Positions 1 through 9,256 of a DNA stretch of 64,000 bases are shown piece after piece (the stretch's first letter is position 1; each line of letters opens with the position of its first letter). A program made the translations under genes and the position numbers. The notes under the pieces were generated by a model, which was not told the origin of the DNA, did not search any database, and worked only from the letters and a program-made list of their open reading frames with translations. Origin of the DNA: Alphaproteobacteria bacterium (GTDB lineage: Bacteria > Pseudomonadota > Alphaproteobacteria > UBA828); assembly GCA_965221125.1 (NCBI GenBank), contig CBDCRW010000007.1:96001-160000 (forward strand), in the 5' to 3' direction.

Positions 1-621
1 TCGGCTTCACGAGGAGGCATTTCCGGAGAACCCTCGGGCCAGGACGCGCGGGCCATCACACCGCCCTTACCGCACGTCCCTGCCGGGACCGGGCTCTACG
101 CCCGTGCCATGTACGCCGTCGACTCCGACTACCCCGGCCCGGTGCTGCTGGAGATCCTGGAGCCGCCGCTCGCGGGTGCCGTCGCTTCCGGCGCGTTCAC
201 CCTCATCGGCGAGCGGTTGACGCTGCGGCTGAGCCGCCTGGAGTACCGGGGCCGGAGCTTCGGTGTCGACGCCTGGGCGGCCGGGCTCGACTGCGCCTGC
301 TACGGCGTGGACGGCGAGGTCGACAGCCACTGGTTCGAACGCGTGCTGCTGCCGGCCTCCGTGCGCTTCGCCGAGGGCTTGCTGACCGCCCTGTCACGGC
401 CGCGCGAGACCGTCATCGTCGGCGACGGGCTACGCTACGAGCGCCTGGAGGCCTCGACCCGGGAAGCGGTCCATGCGGGACTCGCCACGGCGGCGCGCAC
501 CGCCGGCGACGTGCTGCTCGAGAACGCGCCCGACGGGCCCAGCGTGCGCATCCCCCGCGACACCGAGCTGGTCGTGGTGTTCGCCGCGCAGCCGGACCGG
601 GGGGATCGGCCCGATGGCTGA
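1..621 (+). CDS. icmE: DotG/IcmE (TraO, VirB10-like) core complex protein, C-terminal part (5' truncated by window edge)
   Basis: Frame is open from base 1; AGTGLYARAMYAVDSDYPGPVLLEI..GA...GAF resembles the IcmE/TrbI C-terminal domain; position upstream of icmC/D/B. Confidence 0.75.
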   Translation, partial: SASRGGISGEPSGQDARAITPPLPHVPAGTGLYARAMYAVDSDYPGPVLLEILEPPLAGAVASGAFTLIGERLTLRLSRLEYRGRSFGVDAWAAGLDCACYGVDGEVDSHWFERVLLPASVRFAEGLLTALSRPRETVIVGDGLRYERLEASTREAVHAGLATAARTAGDVLLENAPDGPSVRIPRDTELVVVFAAQPDRGDRPDG

Positions 622-1171
622 ATCGAACGACCTCGGCCAGGCCATGATCTCGCTGGTGCGCGACCTCGAGCCCGCGATGCTGATCCTGGTCACGGTCGTC
701 TGCTACCTGCTCGCGCTGATGGCGCTGGCCCAGGGGCTGCTGCGCCTGCTCAAGACCTCCGAGGACAAGTTCCACGCGCCGTCCGCCGGCGGCACGGCGC
801 TCTGCTTCCTGATCTGCATCGTCCTCGCGGCCCTTCCCTCCTGGCTCGACGCCACGACCGAGAGCCTGTTCGGCACGGCGAGCCCGCCCGGCACCGCGAG
901 CCTGGGCTACAGGGGATCACCCTGGTCCGGCGGCCGCGGCGCGGACTACGAGGCGCTGCTGGCCGCCGTCTTCGCCCTGGTCGCGCTGGTCGGGCTGTTC
1001 GCCTTCATCCGGGGCGCCTTCGTGCTCCGCGCCGCCGCCGACGCGCGTCCCGGCGCGAGCGGCGCCCGCGCCTTCGCCCACATGGTCGGCGGCATCGCTG
1101 CCTGGCACCTCGGCGCCGTCATCGACGCGCTTCAGACCAGCCTCGGCATCGAGGTGCTGAGCATCGGTTGA
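614..1171 (+). CDS. IcmC/DotE (TraQ-like) inner membrane protein
   Basis: ATG at 614 overlaps the previous gene end; four hydrophobic segments; VALVGLFAFIRG and HMVGG motifs; gene order. Confidence 0.65.
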   Translation: MAESNDLGQAMISLVRDLEPAMLILVTVVCYLLALMALAQGLLRLLKTSEDKFHAPSAGGTALCFLICIVLAALPSWLDATTESLFGTASPPGTASLGYRGSPWSGGRGADYEALLAAVFALVALVGLFAFIRGAFVLRAAADARPGASGARAFAHMVGGIAAWHLGAVIDALQTSLGIEVLSIG

Positions 1172-1199
1172 TGCCGGGCATCCGTCGAAAGGACGTCAC

Positions 1200-1649
1200 A
1201 TGAACATCACAACCATCGCAGGAACGGTTCGGCGCATTCTGCTGGAGTTGAAGAGTCCGCACGCATGGCATCCACGCGCGGTGCCGGCGGGTCCCGCCAC
1301 TGCCGCTTTGGTGGGTGCGGCCTGGGTCTGCGGCACGAGTGTCTGGGCGTGCGGCCCGGCGCTGGCCGTCTCGCTCGGCGACATGGCCGACGAGGCGGCG
1401 GACGACCTGGAGACGGTGCCGGGGCTGATCGCAATCGCCTTCTACATCATCGGCGCCGCCATCGTCGGCTTCGGCCTGCTGAAGCTCAAGCGTCACGTCG
1501 ACCATCCCCAGCAGACCACCATCGGTAGCGGGCTGATCGCCATCCTGATCGGCGTCGCGCTGATCGCCGCGCCCGCCGTCATCAACGCCCTCGGCGCGAC
1601 CTTCGGGGTCGACGCCGGGAACCAGACAGTCCTCAAGCCGAGGCTGTAG
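1200..1649 (+). CDS. icmD: IcmD/DotP-like small membrane protein
   Basis: YIIG....GLLKLKRHVDHPQQTTIG..LIAILIG.ALI..P matches the IcmD pattern LKFKQHKDNPTQ. Confidence 0.75.
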   Translation: MNITTIAGTVRRILLELKSPHAWHPRAVPAGPATAALVGAAWVCGTSVWACGPALAVSLGDMADEAADDLETVPGLIAIAFYIIGAAIVGFGLLKLKRHVDHPQQTTIGSGLIAILIGVALIAAPAVINALGATFGVDAGNQTVLKPRL

Positions 1650-1669
1650 GACAGGCGGAGCCTCAAGCC

Positions 1670-4600
1670 ATGCCGCTCTCGCTCGCCGCAGCCGCCGACG
1701 ACCTCCAGCGCCTCAGCTGGACGCTGCGCCGCAAGCCGCTTGAGAGTTTCCTGGCGCCGCAGGCGGCCGTGCCGCTGGAGGGCGGCGGCGGCGTCCTGAT
1801 CTGCCACGACGGCTCCCTGGTCTCGCTGCTGGCGCTCGACGGGTCGCGCTCGATGATGGGCGCGGAAGAGCTCGACCGCTTCGTGGACCTCGCCGCGCTC
1901 CGGCTCAACACCGCCTTCGCCCATCCCGGCCATGCGCTCCACGTCGTCTTCGAGCGCGCCCCCGACGAGGCGCACACGCTTGCGGCCGGACACGGACAGG
2001 CTGTGGGCAGGCAAGCCGCCCGGCTCGGACTGGACCTCGATGACCTGCTGGCCGAGCGGGCACGGCGCCTGACCCCGCTCATCGCCGCCGAAACCCTCGT
2101 CATCGCCTGCTGGACGCGGCCCTCCGTGCTGCCGCGCGACCGCCTGGAGCGCGACCGCAAGGGGCTGCGCAGGAAGCTCCGGGACTGGCTGCCCGCCGCC
2201 GGCGAGGCGCAATGCCCCCACCTCGCGCTCGAAGGGCTGTGGGCGCGCCACGAGGCGCTGCTCGACGCGCTAGCGTCCGTGCTGACCGAGACCGGGATCG
2301 AAGGCCGCAGACTGCGCGAAGATCAGGCGCTACGGCTCATGCGGCGCATGGTGAACGGCACGGCGTCCACGGCGCCGGACTGGCGCCCGGTCACCGTGGC
2401 CAACGACGCGCCAGCGCGCCTGACCGAGCCTCCGGAGACCGGCGCCTTCCCGCCGCCGCTCAGCACCCAGCTCCTGGTCCGCGAGCCCGAGCGGAGCGGC
2501 GGCGGCGTCCGCATCGGCGCACGCCTCTACGGCGCTCTCGACATGAGCCTCGGACCCAGGCGCTCGCGCCCCTTCGCCGAGCTGATGGCGGGGCTCGCCG
2601 CCGCCGGTCTTCCCTGCCGCTTCTCGCTGCTGATCGAGGGCGGCGGCCTGCATCGCCTCGACGCCACCATGGCGCGCGTCGCCTCCTCCTTCCTAGCCTT
2701 CTCGTCCTCCGACAGCCTGCTCGCGCGGAACGCGCTGCGCGACCTCGCGGCGCTCGGCGGCGACGCGCATGCCATCGTGCGCCTCCGCCTCGGCCTCTTG
2801 ACCTGGGTCGGAGGGGAAGACGGCGAGGCGGCACTGGCCGCCCGTCTCGGACGCCTGCAGCAGGTGGCCGAGGGCTGGGGCGAGGCGGTGTTCACCCCGC
2901 TCACGGGCGACTCGCTGGAAAGCCTCGCCGCCTCCGTCCCCGGCTTCTGTTGCGGGGCAACCGCGCAACCCGCCCTCGCGCCGCTCTCCGAGGCCCTGCG
3001 GCTCTTTCCGGTCGGCCGCCCGGCGCCCCTCTCGCGTCTCTCGACCGAGGCGGGCGGCGCGCACCTGTTCCGCTCGCCCGACGGCAAGCCGCTGCCGCTG
3101 GCGGCCGACGAAGGCGGCGACTACGGCTTCGAGCTGATCTACGGCCTGCCCGGACAGGGCAAGTCGGTGCTGATGAACGCCCTCGGCCTCGCGTTCTGCC
3201 TGCAAAGCGGGCAGACACGCCTGCCGCTGGCCGCCGTGATCGACATCGGCCCCTCCTCTTCCGGGCTGGTCTCCCTGGTGCGGGAGGCGCTGCCGGCCGA
3301 GCGCCGGCACGAGGCCGGCTGGTTCCCGCTCCGGATGACCTCCGAACACGCCATCAACCCCTGCGACACCCAGCTCGGCTGCCGCGGCCCGCTCCCGGCC
3401 GAGCGCGCCTTCCTGACCAACCTGCTGGGCCTCATGGTGACGCCCGCCGGGGACGCGGGCGTGCCCGACGGCATGCGCGAGCTGCTCGGGCCGGCGCTCA
3501 CCGGCGCCTACGCCATGCGCTCGGACAAGGTGGCGGGCGCCGAACCCCACGACTACACGGAAGGCCGCGACGAAGACGTGGATGCCGCGATCGCGGAGGC
3601 CGGACTCCGCCTGCCCGAGTCTCCGCTCTGGTGGGACGTGGTCGACCTGCTGTTCGAAGCGGGCGAGATCGAGGCGGCGGCCAGGGCGCAGCGCTACGCG
3701 GTGCCCACCCTCGTGGATCTGCTGGCCTCGGTGCGTGAGCCCGCCGTGCAGGGGCTGGTGGGGGACGCGCGGTACGGCTCGGGCGGCGAGACCGTCACCC
3801 AGGCCTTCATCCGCATCCTCACGGCGCTCTCGGGCGACTGGCCGGTGATGTTCTCTCCCACCGCCTTCGATGTCGGCGGCGCGCGCCTCGCCGCCATCGA
3901 CCTCTCCGAGGTGGCGCCGCAGGGCTCGGCCGAGGCGGACCGCCAGTCGGCCGCCTTCTACCTGCTCGCGCGCCACGCGCTGACACGCCACTGGTGGATC
4001 GGCGAGGACGCACTGGCGTCCATTCCCGAACCCTACCGGGACTGGCACGCATCCCGGCTCCGCGACATTCGCGAATCGCCCAAGCGGCTCTGCTACGACG
4101 AGTTCCACCGCACCGCCGGCGCGCCCGCCGTCCGCGTTCAGGTGGAACGCGACGTGCGCGAGGCCAGGAAGCTGCGGGTGCGGCTCGCACTGGCCTCGCA
4201 GCGCCTGGAGGATTTCGGCGGCACGCTCGCCGAGCTCGCCAACCGCTACTGGATCCTGGGAAGCGGCGGCAAGGCGAAGGAAGCGCAAGCGCTCGCCGCC
4301 ACGTTCTCCCTCACGGACACGCTCTCGGACGCGATCCGCTACCGCCTCACCGGACCTGGCCGCGACGGGGCGCCGGCGCTGCTGATCGCGAGCGGCCAGG
4401 GCGGGCGCTTCGAGCAGCTGGTCGTCAACACGCCGGGGCCGATCGAGCTCTGGGCGCTCACCACCAGCCCGGCGGACGTCGCGCTCAGGCGGCGGCTCTA
4501 CGCGCTGCTGCCGCCGGACCGTGCAAGGGCGGCGCTCGCCAGGGCGTTCCCGGAGGGCACGGCGCGAAGCCGTATCGAGCGCGAGCTCGCTCGCATGGAT

Positions 4601-4714
4601 TCGCCGGAGGCCGGGCGCGCCGCGTCCGAGGAGGCGGTGCTCGACCGCCTCGCCGACGAGGTCGCGCGGGCCGCCGGCAACGAGCCATCCCAATCAGCCG
4701 ATAACGCAACCTGA
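1670..4714 (+). CDS. icmB: IcmB/DotO (TraU) VirB4-like secretion ATPase
   Basis: 1014 aa; Walker A GLPGQGKS, IDIGPSS, INPCDTQLG, Walker B YDEFHRT, REARK and ELWALTT motifs. Confidence 0.9.
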   Translation: MPLSLAAAADDLQRLSWTLRRKPLESFLAPQAAVPLEGGGGVLICHDGSLVSLLALDGSRSMMGAEELDRFVDLAALRLNTAFAHPGHALHVVFERAPDEAHTLAAGHGQAVGRQAARLGLDLDDLLAERARRLTPLIAAETLVIACWTRPSVLPRDRLERDRKGLRRKLRDWLPAAGEAQCPHLALEGLWARHEALLDALASVLTETGIEGRRLREDQALRLMRRMVNGTASTAPDWRPVTVANDAPARLTEPPETGAFPPPLSTQLLVREPERSGGGVRIGARLYGALDMSLGPRRSRPFAELMAGLAAAGLPCRFSLLIEGGGLHRLDATMARVASSFLAFSSSDSLLARNALRDLAALGGDAHAIVRLRLGLLTWVGGEDGEAALAARLGRLQQVAEGWGEAVFTPLTGDSLESLAASVPGFCCGATAQPALAPLSEALRLFPVGRPAPLSRLSTEAGGAHLFRSPDGKPLPLAADEGGDYGFELIYGLPGQGKSVLMNALGLAFCLQSGQTRLPLAAVIDIGPSSSGLVSLVREALPAERRHEAGWFPLRMTSEHAINPCDTQLGCRGPLPAERAFLTNLLGLMVTPAGDAGVPDGMRELLGPALTGAYAMRSDKVAGAEPHDYTEGRDEDVDAAIAEAGLRLPESPLWWDVVDLLFEAGEIEAAARAQRYAVPTLVDLLASVREPAVQGLVGDARYGSGGETVTQAFIRILTALSGDWPVMFSPTAFDVGGARLAAIDLSEVAPQGSAEADRQSAAFYLLARHALTRHWWIGEDALASIPEPYRDWHASRLRDIRESPKRLCYDEFHRTAGAPAVRVQVERDVREARKLRVRLALASQRLEDFGGTLAELANRYWILGSGGKAKEAQALAATFSLTDTLSDAIRYRLTGPGRDGAPALLIASGQGGRFEQLVVNTPGPIELWALTTSPADVALRRRLYALLPPDRARAALARAFPEGTARSRIERELARMDSPEAGRAASEEAVLDRLADEVARAAGNEPSQSADNAT

Positions 4715-4727
4715 GAGGAGGAAGCAC

Positions 4728-5135
4728 ATGCTGCACGTCAACAGGGCGACGGTGCTGGGCTACGCGGGAGGCGACGCCAAGCGCCGCACCATGCAGAGCG
4801 GCGAGGACACGGTCTCGTTCAGCGTCGCCACCACGCGGCGCTGGAAGGGCGATGACGGGAACCCGCAGGAGGCCACGGAGTGGCACCGGGTCGCGGTCTT
4901 CGGCGGCTCGGTCGAGCCCGTGTCGGAGATGGTCCGCAAGGGCGTGCTGGTCTTGGTCGAGGGCCGGCTCAGAACCCGCGAATACCAGGACAGGGAGTGC
5001 AAGGACCGCACGGTCACCGAGATCGTGGTCGCCGGGCCGCAGAGCATGATCAACGTACTGTCGCCAAAGCCGGCGACGGACAGGCCGGCCGAAGCCGGGG
5101 ATTCCGGGGCGGAAGGCGGCGATGCGGCGGCGTAG
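4728..5135 (+). CDS. ssb: Single-stranded DNA-binding protein
   Basis: RBS GAGGAGG before ATG 4728; VNRATVLG, FSVAT..RWK, TEWHRVAVFG, KG..V.VEGRLRTREY OB-fold motifs. Confidence 0.9.
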   Translation: MLHVNRATVLGYAGGDAKRRTMQSGEDTVSFSVATTRRWKGDDGNPQEATEWHRVAVFGGSVEPVSEMVRKGVLVLVEGRLRTREYQDRECKDRTVTEIVVAGPQSMINVLSPKPATDRPAEAGDSGAEGGDAAA

Positions 5136-5697
5136 CGCCTGGGCGTTCGCCGCGGCGCTGACGCTCGCGGTGTGGGCGGCGCCGGCCGGGGCGGAGGCGC
5201 AGCCTCCCGCTCCCGCCGCGTCCGGAGGTGTGCCGGGCGATGCGGTCGCGCCCGATCCCGCGGGCCACGCTGACGCGTGCGATCCGGCGGTGGCGGAGGC
5301 GCTGGCGAGGAGCGCGGAGGCCGGCGTCGAGGCCGACCTCTCGATCATCCGCCATCCCGACCAGGGCATACGCAACCCGGACTCGATCCTCGACTTCTCC
5401 TGCATCACCGACCTGTTCGACTACCGCTCCTTCGACATCCACTTCGATCCGGCGGGCGCGCTCGAGTACATCCTGGATCTCGCCCGCCGCCGCATCTGCG
5501 CCGCCGCCCGCGACGCCTACCGGCGCTATGTCGGCCGCGCCCTCGACCCTTCGGTCTACGTCTCGGAATACACCCGGCCTCTCGACCGCCTTCCCGGCCT
5601 CGATATCGACTGGCCGAGGCGCAACGTCTTCGATGACCTCGGGGCGGGCGACGCGGGCAGCGAGCTGTTCCGGGGCGTCGTCGGGGGCGGCCAATGA
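5122..5697 (+). CDS. Secreted hypothetical protein of the T4BSS operon
   Basis: Signal peptide-like N-terminus, three Cys, overlaps both neighbours. Confidence 0.6.
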   Translation: MRRRSAWAFAAALTLAVWAAPAGAEAQPPAPAASGGVPGDAVAPDPAGHADACDPAVAEALARSAEAGVEADLSIIRHPDQGIRNPDSILDFSCITDLFDYRSFDIHFDPAGALEYILDLARRRICAAARDAYRRYVGRALDPSVYVSEYTRPLDRLPGLDIDWPRRNVFDDLGAGDAGSELFRGVVGGGQ

Positions 5698-6914
5698 GTA
5701 TCCGAAGGATGCCCCTCCGTGTTGTGGTCTTCGGGAAGACAGGGGACCTGCTGCCGGCCGCCGCGCTGCTTGCCGCAGTGCTTTCGGCCGGGGCGATGCT
5801 GATGCCGACCGCGGCGCACGCCCACAAGTGCGACCGCACCGACAACGACCGGCGCGAGGCGAGTCGCGTCATCGCGGACCTCACCGGCGAGATCGACGCC
5901 ATGGAGCGGGCCATCATCGAGGCGCTGCGTCTGCAGACCGGCCAGCTCTCGGGCTACATCGCCCAGAGCGCCAAGGCCGTGACCGGAGCCCTCGACTCGC
6001 AGACGAAGCTGCAGGCGCAGACTGCGCGCGAGGTGGCCGAGACCGGGACCATGATGGCGCACCGGCCCAGCCGGAGCGCCTGCGAGGCGGTCACGGGGCT
6101 GAGGGGCCTCGCGGCCACCGGCGCCGCGGCAAAGGACGCGCACGGGCGTGCGGCCGCGACCGAGACGGGCCGCATCACGGGCGACCGCGCGGTGGTGGAC
6201 CGGCCGGGGGCCGCCGCCGGCGATGCGGCGCGCTTCGAGAGCGTCACGCGGGAATACTGCAACGCAGGCCGCGCCGGCGAGGGCACTCGTGCCGGAGACC
6301 CGGAGCTCTCCGGCACGAGTGTCTGCCGGGGCGGGCACGCCATGCACGGCGCGGACCTGCACGCCGGCACCCTGTTCGAGCGCCGCACCTTCGCAAGCGA
6401 GGACGAGCTGCGGGCTGCCGTAGAGCTCTCGCGCAACCTCGCAGCGCCCGTGGTGCACGACCCGCCGCCGCTCGGCTCGGCCGATACCGACCGGGAGCGC
6501 CGCCGCGCGCTGCTGGCTCGGGCGGCGGACGCGCGGATGGCGCTCGCCGCCGACTACATGGCGCAGGCCCGGGCGCTCAGGGCGCCGGGCGCCGCGCTCG
6601 GCGAATGGGCCGCGGCGGTCGCACCCGGCGCGGGCCGCGATCCCGCGACCCCCGTCAGCCGCTATGAGCTTCTTGAGCTGCTGGCGAGCGGCCGTTTCGA
6701 GGACCCGCACTGGTTCGTGCGCCTGCAGGCGATATCGGCAGAGAACCTGCTGCGCGAGCTGGTGACGCTGCAGGCGGTCTCGCTCATGCTCGACTGGCAG
6801 CGCTACCGCACCGACGAGCGGCGCGGCGCGATCGACGCGGCATCGCTCGCGTTGGCCACGGAGGAGATGCGCCGCCTCCCCGGCCTCGCCAACCCGGCCG
6901 CCGGGGCCAACTGA
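5694..6914 (+). CDS. TraW/IcmX-like periplasmic conjugation protein
   Basis: Signal peptide; C-terminal W...L...S.ENLLRELV..QA..L.....Y...ER motif; directly upstream of dotA. Confidence 0.65.
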   Translation: MSIRRMPLRVVVFGKTGDLLPAAALLAAVLSAGAMLMPTAAHAHKCDRTDNDRREASRVIADLTGEIDAMERAIIEALRLQTGQLSGYIAQSAKAVTGALDSQTKLQAQTAREVAETGTMMAHRPSRSACEAVTGLRGLAATGAAAKDAHGRAAATETGRITGDRAVVDRPGAAAGDAARFESVTREYCNAGRAGEGTRAGDPELSGTSVCRGGHAMHGADLHAGTLFERRTFASEDELRAAVELSRNLAAPVVHDPPPLGSADTDRERRRALLARAADARMALAADYMAQARALRAPGAALGEWAAAVAPGAGRDPATPVSRYELLELLASGRFEDPHWFVRLQAISAENLLRELVTLQAVSLMLDWQRYRTDERRGAIDAASLALATEEMRRLPGLANPAAGAN

Positions 6915-6918
6915 GGCG

Positions 6919-9219
6919 ATGCGCCTGCTCCGTTTCCTGTTCGCGCCCGAGCTCGGTCGCCCGCTTGCCGAAGCCCTGCGATCGGCGGCTGTGCTGCGGA
7001 CGCTGATCGAGGCGGTGCGCCGGCCACCGCCGCCTGCCGGGTCGTGCATCGGGGACGGCGGCAAGGCCGAGGGCGGCGGCAAGGCCAGCGATCCCGGTGA
7101 CGCGGTTGCGAGTCGTCGTGTGGCGGCCAAAACGGGGAGCCGAGGCTCGCCCTCTCCGGCCTCAGGCTTCCGTCCCGGCCTCCTCTGGCTGGTCCTGCTG
7201 CTCGCGCTCACCGGTCTCGTCCTGGCCGCCGTGCCCCCGCCCGATCCGGCCGCCGCGCAGTTCATCGAGCGCGGCCTCTTCGCCGACACTGACGGTGCGA
7301 CGCGCGAGGTCCTGGCTTTCCTCGGCGGGCTGGGCGCTAACGGGCCGTCCGCCGTGGGCGACATGCTGTTCGCCTTCAACGCCGGCGTCCTGGTGCTTGC
7401 CGGGTTCCTGCTCATCTGGCACGCCGCCGCCGGCACCGTGGATACCGCGCGGGAAGGCCGCTTCGGCTTCGGCGCCTGGGCGATCGTGCGCATCGTCACC
7501 GCCGTTGCCCTGATGGCGCCGCTGCCGGGCGGGCTGAACGGGGCGCAGCACGCGGTGGTGGGCCTCGCCCATCTTGGCGGCGACTTCGCCAACGCCGTCT
7601 GGAAGCCGTTCTCCGAGGAAGCCTTTTCGGAGAGCCGCCCCATCGTGCCGCGCCCCCGCGAGGCGCTCTGGCGGGCGGCGATCGCGCGCACGCTGCTCGC
7701 CGAGACCTGCGCCAGGACGGCCAACCAGAGCGCGGCGCAGGCGGGCGACGACGCCTATGTGGAGATCGACGACCACGAGGACGACGGCACGCTGACCTTC
7801 AGCTATGACGGTGAGGACCGGGGCATGCCGGACAGGATGTGCGGCAGCATCCGGTTCTCCGGCCTCGACGCCGATGGCGCTCCCGGCATGGCGGCCGAGG
7901 GGCACCGCCAGGCGCTCACCGCGCTCATGCCGCCAATCCGCAGTATCGCCGGCCGCCTCGCAGCCCACTACGTCGCCGGCACTCCGGTCTACGGCCGGCC
8001 GCTCCCGGACATCGACGGACTGCTGGCGGCGGAGGATCTGGCGGGCGCCTACGCGCGCGTGCTCGACGGCGCGCTCACGCAGGCCGCCTCGGAGGAGCGC
8101 GAGACGCTGGCGCGGGTGGTGGCAGAGGACGCGCGCGAGGCCTCCTGGCTGGCGGCGGCCTCCTTCTTCAACACCATCGCCCACCGCGTCGGCCTCTTCC
8201 AGGCCGCCGCCCACAACGTGCCCTCGGTGGCGCTGCCCACGCCGAGCCTCGACGAGTGGGTCCCTGCGGCGGACGCAGCCGTGAAGGGGGTGGCGGCCCA
8301 GCTCGCCCGCTCGCCCCGCTACCACCCGATGCTGCTGTCCGCCGCCGACGCCGGCGCGGGCGCGCTGCCCGCGTCGGGGGACGGTGACGGCGGCATGGTC
8401 TCCGGCCTGCTGGAGTTCATCGACCTGGACTCCGTCATCGTCGCCGACAGCGGCAATCCCATCGCCGACCTCGCCGCACTCGGCCACGGGCTGCTCAACG
8501 CCGCGCTCACCGCCGTTGCCGCGCTGATGGGTGCCGCCACCGGCTCCGGGCTGCTGGAATCCATTCCCTTCATCGGCAAGGGACTCGACGTCTTCGAGTC
8601 CGCCTGGCAGGTCTCCGACGCCCTAGTCTCGACCCTGCTCGGGCTGCTCGTCATCGCGGGCGCGGTGCTGGCCTACGTGCTGCCCGCGCTTCCCTTCATC
8701 CGCTTCCTGTTCGGCATCCTCGGCTGGATTCTGAACGTGGCGATCGCGGTGCTGGCCGTCACCGTGTTCGCCGCCGCCCACGTCACCCGCGAGGACGGGG
8801 ACCGGCTCACCGTCCAGGCCACCCGCCAGGGCTGGCTGTTCCTGCCCGCGCTGGTGCTGCGGCCCGCGCTGATGCTTCTGGGGCTCATCCTCGGCTACTT
8901 CGTGTTCCTCGCGAGTATCGGGCTGTTCAACCAGGTGTGGCTGCCGCAGATGCGCGACGCCGGGGTCTCCGGCGGGCTCGGGCCGGTGGGCTTCCTCGCC
9001 ATGCTCGCGCTCTACGTGATCGTCGCCTACGGGCTGATGAACGCCGCCTTCAAGCTGATCGACCTGCTTCCCTCCGCCGTCCTCGACTGGATTGGCGGGC
9101 GCGCAGGCGCGGGCGACGACGGGGGCGAGCGGGCCGGGGGAACGGCGGTGGCGGGGTTCTCGCGCCTGAGCGCGGTCCGCGTCGGCGCCCGCACCCGGCG
9201 CGGCGGGACCGGGAGCTGA
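6919..9219 (+). CDS. dotA: DotA/TraY integral membrane protein
   Basis: FN.GVL..AG.L, TAREG, W..VRIV...ALM.P..GG.N.AQ, W..AAS.F, YVLP.LPF..F, LRP.LM..GL and LI..LP..VL.WIGG motifs. Confidence 0.9.
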   Translation: MRLLRFLFAPELGRPLAEALRSAAVLRTLIEAVRRPPPPAGSCIGDGGKAEGGGKASDPGDAVASRRVAAKTGSRGSPSPASGFRPGLLWLVLLLALTGLVLAAVPPPDPAAAQFIERGLFADTDGATREVLAFLGGLGANGPSAVGDMLFAFNAGVLVLAGFLLIWHAAAGTVDTAREGRFGFGAWAIVRIVTAVALMAPLPGGLNGAQHAVVGLAHLGGDFANAVWKPFSEEAFSESRPIVPRPREALWRAAIARTLLAETCARTANQSAAQAGDDAYVEIDDHEDDGTLTFSYDGEDRGMPDRMCGSIRFSGLDADGAPGMAAEGHRQALTALMPPIRSIAGRLAAHYVAGTPVYGRPLPDIDGLLAAEDLAGAYARVLDGALTQAASEERETLARVVAEDAREASWLAAASFFNTIAHRVGLFQAAAHNVPSVALPTPSLDEWVPAADAAVKGVAAQLARSPRYHPMLLSAADAGAGALPASGDGDGGMVSGLLEFIDLDSVIVADSGNPIADLAALGHGLLNAALTAVAALMGAATGSGLLESIPFIGKGLDVFESAWQVSDALVSTLLGLLVIAGAVLAYVLPALPFIRFLFGILGWILNVAIAVLAVTVFAAAHVTREDGDRLTVQATRQGWLFLPALVLRPALMLLGLILGYFVFLASIGLFNQVWLPQMRDAGVSGGLGPVGFLAMLALYVIVAYGLMNAAFKLIDLLPSAVLDWIGGRAGAGDDGGERAGGTAVAGFSRLSAVRVGARTRRGGTGS

Positions 9220-9256
9220 CCGTGCCCGCACCGCGTGCCCATGAACTCGGAGGAGC

